Shown here one piece after another: positions 8,488 to 16,520 of a DNA stretch of 18,222 nucleotides. The position numbers were made by a program, and so were the translations under genes. The DNA comes from Candidatus Eiseniibacteriota bacterium. GTDB taxonomy: Bacteria; Eisenbacteria; RBG-16-71-46. The notes beneath the pieces were generated by a model. It searched no databases. It saw only the letters and a list, made by a program, of their open reading frames with translations, and had not been told where the DNA came from. The DNA lies in NCBI GenBank assembly GCA_041483195.1, contig JBGPFC010000055.1, positions 1-18,222 on the forward strand, given 5' to 3'. Every line of letters starts with the position of its first letter. Position 1 is the stretch's first letter.

Positions 8488-8530
8488 GAGCGGCGGTGGA
8501 GCGCCAACTCCACCGCCGTCTCTGTTTGTT
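8488..8530 (+). terminator. Rho-independent terminator
   Basis: 11-bp stem CGGCGGTGGAG/CTCCACCGCCG with a 6-nt loop, followed by TCTCTGTTTGTT. Confidence 0.75.
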
Positions 8531-8602
8531 GCGGCGCACGGCCCGCACCCGCGGGCCCCGGCGCCCCCGGGCCGAGCCGATGCGCTATGCTCCGCGTTCC
8601 GG

Positions 8603-10726
8603 ATGAAGACTCGATCCCGCTCGAAGCCCGCCCCTAAGCCGCTCCTCGCACCCGCCTTCTCGCTGAACGGCAGCGCCGAGATCTCGCCCGCCGCGAGCCG
8701 GCGCCTCACGCGCATCGGCCTGATCGTCGCGGCCGCTTTCGCCTGCGGCCTGATCTTCATGGTCGCGGGGCCGCACCGCATCGGCGACTACATGACCGAG
8801 ACCGACTTTTATGGCGACTACGCCCGCGGCGCGCGCCTGATCGAGCACGGACGGCTGCTGCCCTCGCGCTACGGAGTGGTGGGACCGGGCTACGAGGTGG
8901 CGCTCGGGCTCGCGGGGTTCGTGATCCGCGATCTGTTCGTGGCCGCCGAGCTGATCTCGGTCGCGGCGATGACCGGCGCGCTGCTGTTCTGGTTCTTCAC
9001 GCTGCGCCGTCGCGCCGATCCGCGGATCGCGCTGGGCGCGGTGATCGTCATGGCGTTCAACGCGCACTATTTCCACTACGGCTACGCCGCGACCACCGAC
9101 GCGCTGGCCGTCGGGCTCGAGGCCGCCGCCGCCTACCTGCTGCTGGCGCGCGCCGGCGCGCGCGCCGTGACCGCGGCGGGGGTGGTCGCGGCGTTCGCGT
9201 TTCTCACCCGCTACAACGCGATCGTGCTGCTGCCCGCCGGGTTGATCGCGATCCTCGCGGGCGGAACGCTGGTCGAGGACCCCGCCGGCGCCCCGCCGCT
9301 CGCGGCGCGCGCGCGGCTCGCGCTGCGCTTCGGCCTCGCGTTCTTCGCGCCGGTCGTTCCGTGGGTGCTCTACTCGCTGGCGCACGGCGGCTCGTTCTCG
9401 TTCCAGCTCCACCACAACATCGCGTACGAGGTGTTCGCGCGCGCGAAGGGCATTCCCTGGGACACGTATCAGAAGGAGCTTCAGCCGCAGTTCAAGACGC
9501 TGTGGGACGTGATCCGCCGTGATCCTCCCGCGGTCTTCTCGCGCATGGGCTTCAACTCGTACGACCACGTCCGGCTCGACGCGGAGAGCCTGCTCGGCTG
9601 GCCGGTCGCGATCACGGGCATCATCGGCCTCGCGATCGGCGCGCGCGACGGTTCGCTGCGCCGTCTCTGGCCGCTCGGGCTGCTGTGGGGCTTCCTGTTC
9701 CTGGCGCTGGTGCCCACGTTTCACAGCGTGCGCTACTCGCTCGCGCTGCTCCCGATGTACGCCGTGCCGGCGGCGATCGCCATCGCGTCCCCGCGCTTCG
9801 CGTTCGCGGTCGGACGCGGGGAGCGCGTGTGGCTCAAGCTGGCGCTCGCCGCGATTCCGTTCGGGCTGGCCTTTTCCCAGCTGTTGAGCGTGCAGAAGGA
9901 GGTCATCGGTCAGTTGCCGGTCGAGGTGGAGGATTGCGCGGCCACGCTGCGCGAGCTGAAGCGGCCCGGCGACCGCCTGATCGCGCGCAAGTGGCACGTC
10001 GCGTTTCACGCGAACGTCGAGGCGGTCGCGTTTCCGTTCGCGGACTCGCTCGCGGACCTCGGGGCGTACGCTCATCGCTACGGAGTGAGGTGGCTCTACA
10101 TGTCGTGGCCGGAGGTCGAGACTCGCCCCCAGTTCTACTACCTGCTCGACACCACGAGCCGGGTGCCGGGGCTCATCACCCGGCGCGCCACGTGGCCGCA
10201 TCCCGCCGTGCTCTACGAGATCGGTCCCGACTTCGGCCGCGCGCCCGAATGGATCCACAACGACACGCTGGTCGCGCTCCACACGCTGCGCGCGCGCCTC
10301 ATGGTGGACGGCAACAACGTGCATCTGCTGAACGCGCTCTCCACTCTCGAGCGGGTCCGGGGCCGGCTCGGACCGGCGCGCTCCGCCGCGGACCGCGCGG
10401 TGTCGCTCGCGCCAGACGATCAGGAGGCCCAGAAGACGCTGGCGGCCGTCGCGATCGTTCAGGGCGACGGCGCGGCGGCGCTCGATGCGTTCCAGCGCGT
10501 GGCGGCCGCCGACCCGCACGACACCGAAGCACAGGAGGGCGTCGGGTGGGCGCTGATGATGCTCGGACGCAACGCCGAGGCCGCCGCGCGATGGCGTCCC
10601 CTGATCGAAACCACCACCGACCCCCAGACCCTGCTCCAGATGCTCAAGCTCTATCACGCGACCGGCGACCGTGAGGCCGAACAGCGCGCGATGGCGGCCA
10701 TGCAGCGGATGAGCGGAGCACGATGA
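8603..10726 (+). CDS. Polytopic GT-C (GT39/ArnT/PMT-like) glycosyltransferase with C-terminal TPR repeats
   Basis: About 10-12 hydrophobic segments. An acidic first loop (TETDFYGDY) follows TM1, with later TDAL, LTRYN and VRY motifs as seen in GT-C enzymes. The C-terminus has TPR-like helices (A..AV.LAPDD.EA; A..AF.RV...DP.D.EA..G.G.AL...GR..EA). Confidence 0.72.
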   Translation: MKTRSRSKPAPKPLLAPAFSLNGSAEISPAASRRLTRIGLIVAAAFACGLIFMVAGPHRIGDYMTETDFYGDYARGARLIEHGRLLPSRYGVVGPGYEVALGLAGFVIRDLFVAAELISVAAMTGALLFWFFTLRRRADPRIALGAVIVMAFNAHYFHYGYAATTDALAVGLEAAAAYLLLARAGARAVTAAGVVAAFAFLTRYNAIVLLPAGLIAILAGGTLVEDPAGAPPLAARARLALRFGLAFFAPVVPWVLYSLAHGGSFSFQLHHNIAYEVFARAKGIPWDTYQKELQPQFKTLWDVIRRDPPAVFSRMGFNSYDHVRLDAESLLGWPVAITGIIGLAIGARDGSLRRLWPLGLLWGFLFLALVPTFHSVRYSLALLPMYAVPAAIAIASPRFAFAVGRGERVWLKLALAAIPFGLAFSQLLSVQKEVIGQLPVEVEDCAATLRELKRPGDRLIARKWHVAFHANVEAVAFPFADSLADLGAYAHRYGVRWLYMSWPEVETRPQFYYLLDTTSRVPGLITRRATWPHPAVLYEIGPDFGRAPEWIHNDTLVALHTLRARLMVDGNNVHLLNALSTLERVRGRLGPARSAADRAVSLAPDDQEAQKTLAAVAIVQGDGAAALDAFQRVAAADPHDTEAQEGVGWALMMLGRNAEAAARWRPLIETTTDPQTLLQMLKLYHATGDREAEQRAMAAMQRMSGAR

Positions 10727-11607
10727 ACCGGCCCGGGCATTACGCCCCGCTCGCCTGCGCGATCGCGTTCGCCATCGCCGCGAGCGGATGCGCGCACGCC
10801 CCGGCGGGATCGGGCGGGGCGCGCGGCACGCGCGGCACGGACGCGCCGGTCGCCGACTCCGTCACGATCGCGCTCTGGCACCTCGACGAGACCGGCGGCA
10901 CGCGCGCGGCCGACGCCGGGCCCGCCCGGCTCGACGCGCGCGCCGGCGCCGACACGCGCACCGACTTCGGGCGCTACCGCGGCGCGCGCATCTTCACCCG
11001 CTCGATCGATTCGTTCCTCTACGTGCCGTTCAGCCCGGTGCTCCAGTCCCCCCGCGGCATCACCATCGAAGCGTGGGTGTGGATCAACGAGTACGGGCAG
11101 TACGAGGACACGCCGATCGCGGGGCGCTGGACGCAACAGGCCAACGAGCAGAGCTGGCTGTTCTCGGTCGTCGGCCAGGACATCCTGCCGCCGTTCGCCT
11201 CGCTTCCGAGTCCGGGCTTCCACCAGGGCCTGATCCAGACCGGCGCGCTCGGGGAGCTGATGTTCGTGTTCCAGCCCGACGAGGCGAGCGGGCCGCGCGC
11301 GTATTTTTCGTCGCGCCCGGTCGAACGCCAGAAGTGGACGCGGGTCGCCGCCTCCTACGACGGGTCGGTCGTGCGCTTCTACATCGACGGCCTGCTCGAC
11401 GCGCAGTACGCCACCCGCGGCACCATCCGCGAATCGTCGGCGCCGTTGCTGGTTGGCAACTACTTCGATCCGCGCTGGCTCACCGATTTCGGCGGAGACC
11501 TGCGGGTGGGCCCGATCTACGACGGGAATCCCTACTACGCATTCGACGGATATCTCGACGAGCTGCGCATCTCGAGCGAGGCGCGCACCCGGTTCGAAGG
11601 CCCATAG
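10723..11607 (+). CDS. LamG/concanavalin A-like jelly-roll lipoprotein
   Basis: ATGA overlap with the upstream gene. Lipobox-like AASG|C. Motifs LWHLDE, ITIEAWV, WTRVAASYDG..RFYIDG and FDGYLDELRIS are typical of Laminin_G_3. Confidence 0.85.
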   Translation: MNRPGHYAPLACAIAFAIAASGCAHAPAGSGGARGTRGTDAPVADSVTIALWHLDETGGTRAADAGPARLDARAGADTRTDFGRYRGARIFTRSIDSFLYVPFSPVLQSPRGITIEAWVWINEYGQYEDTPIAGRWTQQANEQSWLFSVVGQDILPPFASLPSPGFHQGLIQTGALGELMFVFQPDEASGPRAYFSSRPVERQKWTRVAASYDGSVVRFYIDGLLDAQYATRGTIRESSAPLLVGNYFDPRWLTDFGGDLRVGPIYDGNPYYAFDGYLDELRISSEARTRFEGP

Positions 11608-11624
11608 CAAGGCTCACGCGGCGC

Positions 11625-11653
11625 TTGCCCGTCACCGGGCGCGCTGCTAGCGT
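11625..11653 (+). promoter_or_regulatory. Possible sigma-70 promoter for the S8 peptidase
   Basis: TTGCCC-17 nt-TAGCGT with a TG extended -10 motif. Confidence 0.35.
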
Positions 11654-11702
11654 CATCCGGGTTCGGCTCCCGCCCTCGCAACCCGCCCCATTCGGGACGC
11701 CC

Positions 11703-14117
11703 ATGCGCGCTCTCACGCTCTGCCTTGCCGCCCTCGCGATCACGTTCTCCGCCCTCGCGATCCGCGCCGATCCCGCCCGCGAGCTGGTGATGCAGGTCGC
11801 GCCGCCCGCCGCGAGCGCCGGCCCGCTGCGCGCGCGACTCACCGACCGCCTCTCGGCCCTCGGCCTGCAACTGCGCGGCACCCTCGAAGCCGGCCTGCCG
11901 CTCGCTCGCCCAGCTGCGACTCGCAAGCCGCCCAATCCGTTCGATCTCGATCCGGCGCGGGTGTGGCGGGCCGAGGCGCGCGACTCGTCGGCCGCGAGCG
12001 CGGCGCTCGCACCGCTCGCGGACGATCCCGGGATCGAGTGGGTGGAGCCGATGCGCGTGCGCGCCGCGGCGGTGGTCGCGCTCGATCCCGCGTTCCCGAA
12101 CGATCCCATGTTCCGCGACACACGCCAGTGGGCGCTGCGCAACGCGGGACCGGGGAGCGCGTACAACGGCAAGCTCGGCGCCGACATTCACGCGCTCGAG
12201 GCGTGGGGCGTCACCACCGGGTCGAACGACTTGCGGCTCGCGATCGCGGACACCGGCGTGCAGCCCGATCATCCCGAGCTGCAGGTGCAGCTGCCCGACG
12301 GCAGCATGCGGCTCGAGCTGGGGCTCAACGTGACGCTCGATCCGAGCCCGAGCTTCGCCGACTCGTTCGGCCACGGGGCCGGCGTCGCCGGACTGATGGC
12401 GGCGCGCACCAACGAGGGGCCGCACTTCGACACGCTCGGCGTCGCCGGCGTGTGCGGCGGCGACGGACACGCGAATTTCGGCTGCCACCTCGTGCCGATC
12501 AAGATCGCGCCGGGGCACAGCGGCGAGGCGACGTCGTGGGACATCGCGCGGGCCATGATGTACGCCGCCGACGTCGGCGCGCGCGCGATGAACCTCTCGT
12601 TCGCGGGCGACGGGCCGAGCCGCCTCGAGCGCCTCGCGCTCCACTACGCCATCACGCGCGGCTGCGTGGTGGTGGCGGCCGCTGGGAACAAGGGCTTCTC
12701 GGCGGGCAGGAAGGCGCAGTACCCGGCCGCCTACGCGGCGGACGGCCTCTGCATCCAGGTCGGCGCGAGCGACATGGACGACAAACGTCCCTTGTTCTCT
12801 TCGTTCGGGCCGGGGCTCGATCTGGTCGCGCCCGGCGTGAGCAACTGGACCACCTACCTGACCTACACGGGATTCACCGGGGTGAGGCACAACGGCTACG
12901 TGTCGGGTTCCGGCACGTCGTTCGCCGCGCCGCACGTGGCCGGCACGGTGGGCCTGCTCGCCGCGGCGCGGCCCGAGCTGGCGGGCGATGATTTCCAGCG
13001 CATCGTGCGCGAGAGCGCGGACGACGTCGGCCTGCCCGGCGTGGACTCGCTCACGGGCTGGGGACGGCTGAACGCGGCGCGCGCGCTGAACGCGGTGCGC
13101 CCCTCGCTCGGCGTGTGGCACGACGAGGCCGCGGGCGTGGTGCGGCGCACGCTGCGCAGCGACACGCTCGTGATCCTCGAGAGCGGGCCGGGCGTGATGG
13201 ATCGCGCGCGCGTGTGGCCGGACGCCTCGCTGCTCGAGGTGTGCGCGACCGTCGCCATCCCGGATTCGTTCATCGATTCGATCCGCGTGTGGCCGCGGGT
13301 CGGCGGCACCATGACCGTGCGCGGCGATTTTCGGATTCCCTACTTCGCGCCGTGGGCCGAGGTCGAATCCCAGGGCGCGCGCGAATTCACGCTGCGCGGC
13401 TACATCTATCGGCAGGCGGACGCGCAATGCGCGCCGTGCGGCGATGACGCCTACCTGCCGCTGCCGCCCGACCAGGCGCGCTTCGGATTCACGGTGATCG
13501 GGCGCGTCGACCGCCCGCCCACGGTGCACGTCGCGTTCCTTCCGCCCGACGCGAGCTACGCGCCGGGAGACAGCGCGACGCTGCGCTTCGACGCGCACGA
13601 TCCAGACGAGGTGAGCGCGATCGAATTGTGGTTCGAGGTCGCCGGCTCCGCGCCGATTCGCCTCGCTCGGCTCGCGGGCGATGCGATCGTCGCGCGCGTC
13701 GCGATTCCCTGCGCGGGCGACGCCGGCGGCCGCGCGGCGTTCCGCGTGGAGGCGCTCGACGAGCACGGCCCTCAGCACGACCAGGCCTCCGCGCTGATCC
13801 CGGTCGTGGTGCGGGCCGCGCCGTGCGGAGCGGCCGCCGCCCGCGTGAGGGCCGTGCCCAATCCGTTTCGCGTGAGCACCCGGATCGTCGTGCCCGGCCC
13901 GGGGCGCGTGGACATCCTGGACGCCGCGGGGCGCGTGGTGCGCGGCGTCGCGATCGACCCGCCGGCGACCGACTTCGTCTGGAACGGGCTCGACGACCAC
14001 GGACGCGTGCTCCGGCCCGGACTCTACTTCGCGCGCTACCAGGGCACGGGCGGACGATTCCTCGAGAAGATCGTGAAGCTGGACGCGCCGGGAGTCATCC
14101 CGGCGGCAGGGCCGTGA
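11703..14117 (+). CDS. Secreted S8 (subtilisin-family) serine peptidase with FlgD-Ig/T9SS-type CTD, 804 aa
   Basis: Signal peptide MRALTLCLAALAITFSALAIRA. Catalytic triad IADTG / GHGAGVAG / GTSFAAPHVAG and oxyanion AAAGN. CTD: VPNPF..ILDAAGRVVR..WNG.D..G....GLYFARY. The 10788 start in the ORF track is a spurious extension. Confidence 0.92.
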   Translation: MRALTLCLAALAITFSALAIRADPARELVMQVAPPAASAGPLRARLTDRLSALGLQLRGTLEAGLPLARPAATRKPPNPFDLDPARVWRAEARDSSAASAALAPLADDPGIEWVEPMRVRAAAVVALDPAFPNDPMFRDTRQWALRNAGPGSAYNGKLGADIHALEAWGVTTGSNDLRLAIADTGVQPDHPELQVQLPDGSMRLELGLNVTLDPSPSFADSFGHGAGVAGLMAARTNEGPHFDTLGVAGVCGGDGHANFGCHLVPIKIAPGHSGEATSWDIARAMMYAADVGARAMNLSFAGDGPSRLERLALHYAITRGCVVVAAAGNKGFSAGRKAQYPAAYAADGLCIQVGASDMDDKRPLFSSFGPGLDLVAPGVSNWTTYLTYTGFTGVRHNGYVSGSGTSFAAPHVAGTVGLLAAARPELAGDDFQRIVRESADDVGLPGVDSLTGWGRLNAARALNAVRPSLGVWHDEAAGVVRRTLRSDTLVILESGPGVMDRARVWPDASLLEVCATVAIPDSFIDSIRVWPRVGGTMTVRGDFRIPYFAPWAEVESQGAREFTLRGYIYRQADAQCAPCGDDAYLPLPPDQARFGFTVIGRVDRPPTVHVAFLPPDASYAPGDSATLRFDAHDPDEVSAIELWFEVAGSAPIRLARLAGDAIVARVAIPCAGDAGGRAAFRVEALDEHGPQHDQASALIPVVVRAAPCGAAAARVRAVPNPFRVSTRIVVPGPGRVDILDAAGRVVRGVAIDPPATDFVWNGLDDHGRVLRPGLYFARYQGTGGRFLEKIVKLDAPGVIPAAGP

Positions 14118-14245
14118 GCCGGGGGACGGGACGGGCGGCTGACCCGCGCGGTCTATTCGTTACGCGAACTTGGTTTCGATTTCGGCGAAGAAGGCCGTGG
14201 TGACCATGGCCTTGCAGGCGGCGAGTCGATGTACGCGGCGCCATA

Positions 14246-14752
14246 TCAGCCAGCCGCTTCGCGGGCGGGCGCCTTGCTCTTCCGCGGCCTCGTCCAGCCT
14301 CGCCGCTCCGGATGGAGCGCCAGCCTGGCCGATGGTCCCTTGTATCCGGCATTCTCTCCGATGGACCGGCTCTCGATCACGAAGCCTTCGCTCCGATACA
14401 GGCTGAGCGCGGCGTCATTGTTGCCGCAGGCACGCGTCCAGGCATCCTCGCTCAGGCGAGCGAGGCAGTGCCTGAGGAGTGCCCGGCCGATTCCACGGCG
14501 ATAGTGCGCGGGGTCAACGTATAGCCAGGCGAGGTACGGGTCGTCGATGCCCGCGAACCCAACGACATGATCGCGATCCTGAGCGATGAACATGGCACAG
14601 GCGTTGATGTACTCGCCTTCGGGATCTTCTGCCAGGGGAATAAAGGCGCGCGCATCGAAGGATCCGCGCAGCTCGTCGGGTCGAGAGCGGTCGTGCACGC
14701 GGCAAACGGCCGGCCAATCGTCCGGCCGATAGTCTCGGATGGTGATGTCCAT
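14246..14752 (-). CDS. GNAT family N-acetyltransferase (168 aa)
   Basis: GGAG RBS before ATG 14752 (MDITIRDY). Motifs VVGFA, LYVDPAHYRRGIGRALL (acetyl-CoA motif A) and NDAALSLYRSEGF. Confidence 0.9.
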   Translation of the reverse strand: MDITIRDYRPDDWPAVCRVHDRSRPDELRGSFDARAFIPLAEDPEGEYINACAMFIAQDRDHVVGFAGIDDPYLAWLYVDPAHYRRGIGRALLRHCLARLSEDAWTRACGNNDAALSLYRSEGFVIESRSIGENAGYKGPSARLALHPERRGWTRPRKSKAPAREAAG

Positions 14753-14796
14753 GGCGACTCTCCAGGCCTTGCCGTGCGGCCTGCCTGACAGGTAGC

Positions 14797-14815
14797 GCCG
14801 CCGATCATCGGCGGC
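14797..14815. promoter_or_regulatory. Palindrome GCCGCCGAT-C-ATCGGCGGC in the divergent intergenic region, candidate operator
   Basis: 9-bp inverted repeat overlapping a possible minus-strand TTGACT-17-GATGAT promoter for the GNAT gene. Confidence 0.35.
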
Positions 14816-14982
14816 ACTTCTGGTCAAGTCAATCCGTTGCTAAGACCAAGCGCCTAGGCCGGGGCGCTCGATCCGGCGACGTCCGCGAGTCGTCGCGGAT
14901 CAACGCTCGAAGCCGCGGATCTCTCGATCGCCCGCGATTTCCCGCTGGACGAAGGCGCAGCCCGGTCCCTACCGTGAGGGCC

Positions 14983-16233
14983 ATGCGCGCCATCCGCCAG
15001 ATCGCATTCGCCCTCGCCGCCCTCGCCGCGGGCTGCGCCCCGGCGCGCGATCCCGCCGACTGGGTGAGCCTGCGCGAGGTGACGCCCGCGTTCCTGCTCG
15101 CGCGCGCGGCGCTTCATCCGGCGCTCGCCGCGGATTCGCACGGCCGCGTCGCGCTCACCTGGGTGACGCGCGATTCGAACGGGACGGACCTCTGGCTCTC
15201 GATGTCGAGCGACACGGGATACACGTTCGGCCCACAGGTGCGCGTCAACGTGAAGGCCGGCGCGGTCGCGTCGATGCCCGAGAGCCGGCCGATCGCGGTG
15301 TTCGGCGCCGACGGGCGGCTCGCGATCGCGTGGTGCGAGCACCACGGCGGCGACGAGCTGGCGGCCGATCTGGTCGTGCGCGCGAGCGGCGACGGCGGCA
15401 CGAGCTGGGAGGCGCCGGCGACCGTCAACGACGACTCCGGCGAGGGCAACCCGGTCTATCACGGCTTCCCCACGCTCGCGTTCCTCCCCGACGGCACGCT
15501 GTTCGCGGCGTGGATGGATCAGCGCGACGCGCGTCACGCGCATCAAGCGGATGACGAATCGTCCACCGCGCCGCTCTTCTACGCGCTCAGCGACGACGGC
15601 GGTCAGAGTTGGTCCGACAACCGGGTGCTCACCGATCGCGCGTGCCCGTGCTGCCGCGCCGAGGCGCTCGCCGACGCCGAGGGCCGCATCGCGGTCGCGT
15701 ACCGCGCGGGCGGCAACGACCTGCGCGACCCCGCCCTCGCGATCTCGAGCGACCGCGGCCGCAGCTTCGCCGTGGACACCGTGCTCTCCGCCGACGGATG
15801 GAAGCTCGGGGCCTGCCCGGCGGTGGGATCGGCGATCACCTGGAACCGCGCGGGCGGCGGCTCCTACGTCTGGTACACCGAGGTGGGCGGGCCCACGATC
15901 TACGTCGCGCCGTGGAAGATCGGGGCGGGCCTCGCCGGCGTGAAGCGCGCGCTGCGCGACAGCCTGCACGACGCGACCCATCCGCACGTCGCGGCGCTGG
16001 GCGGCGCGACCCTGGTCGAGGTCGAGGCGCGGCCGCTCGCCGACACGACGCGCACGGTGATCGCGGTGCGCGCGATGGACGTTGACGGCACGATGACGCC
16101 CTGGACGTTCCTCGGCGCCGACGCGAGCGCGGGGTGGCTCACGGGCGTGAGCGAGCACGCGGCGCTCGCGTGCTGGAGCGAGCGGAGCGGCACCGCGCCG
16201 CGCGTGCGCGTCGCGCGGCTGGCGCGGCGGTAG
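14983..16233 (+). CDS. BNR/Asp-box (sialidase-like) beta-propeller lipoprotein with CxCC motif
   Basis: Lipobox LAAG|C. Asp-boxes SSDTGYTF, SGDGGTSW, SDDGGQSW and SSDRGRSF. Also ACPCCR and WKLGACP. Start is ATG 14983 or GTG 14974. Confidence 0.8.
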   Translation: MRAIRQIAFALAALAAGCAPARDPADWVSLREVTPAFLLARAALHPALAADSHGRVALTWVTRDSNGTDLWLSMSSDTGYTFGPQVRVNVKAGAVASMPESRPIAVFGADGRLAIAWCEHHGGDELAADLVVRASGDGGTSWEAPATVNDDSGEGNPVYHGFPTLAFLPDGTLFAAWMDQRDARHAHQADDESSTAPLFYALSDDGGQSWSDNRVLTDRACPCCRAEALADAEGRIAVAYRAGGNDLRDPALAISSDRGRSFAVDTVLSADGWKLGACPAVGSAITWNRAGGGSYVWYTEVGGPTIYVAPWKIGAGLAGVKRALRDSLHDATHPHVAALGGATLVEVEARPLADTTRTVIAVRAMDVDGTMTPWTFLGADASAGWLTGVSEHAALACWSERSGTAPRVRVARLARR

Positions 16234-16448
16234 GAGCTTCGCGCACGCACCGCCGCGTTGTGTTGTAAACACCCGATATACCCAGGTCCGAGCGATCATT
16301 CGACCGCTTAGCATTAGGCCACCACGGTCGTGGATCTCAGAGGCGCACAACCACGTAGCGACGCTTCAACCTCCTGTGCCGGAGTCGGTTTGCGGCCCGC
16401 TGGTACCCCAAAGGGGCACTCCCTTCCCATATGACATCGAGAATTCGG

Positions 16449-16476
16449 TTGACCCGATCGGGCCGGGGCGTAGCAT
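16449..16476 (+). promoter_or_regulatory. Probable sigma-70 promoter
   Basis: TTGACC-16 nt-TAGCAT lies upstream of the AGGAGG RBS (16510-16515) and ATG 16521. Confidence 0.5.
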
Positions 16477-16520
16477 CACTGATGACCCCCTGAAGGTAGA
16501 TGTACCGACAGGAGGTCGCT

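Noticed and set aside
10788..11702. N-terminal extension giving a 1109-aa S8 ORF
   Set aside because: It is low-complexity Arg-rich translation overlapping the LamG gene. The real signal peptide begins at ATG 11703.
14118..14860. Integron cassette or IS origin for the GNAT gene
   Set aside because: No RYYYAAC..GTTRRRY attC pair, transposase, terminal inverted repeats or convincing direct repeats. The GCCGGGG match is too short and GC-rich.
16479..16505. CTGATGA resembling a hammerhead core or a fluoride riboswitch 3' end
   Set aside because: There is no stem II followed by GAAA and no upstream GATGG..TTC fluoride core. It lies at the predicted TSS.
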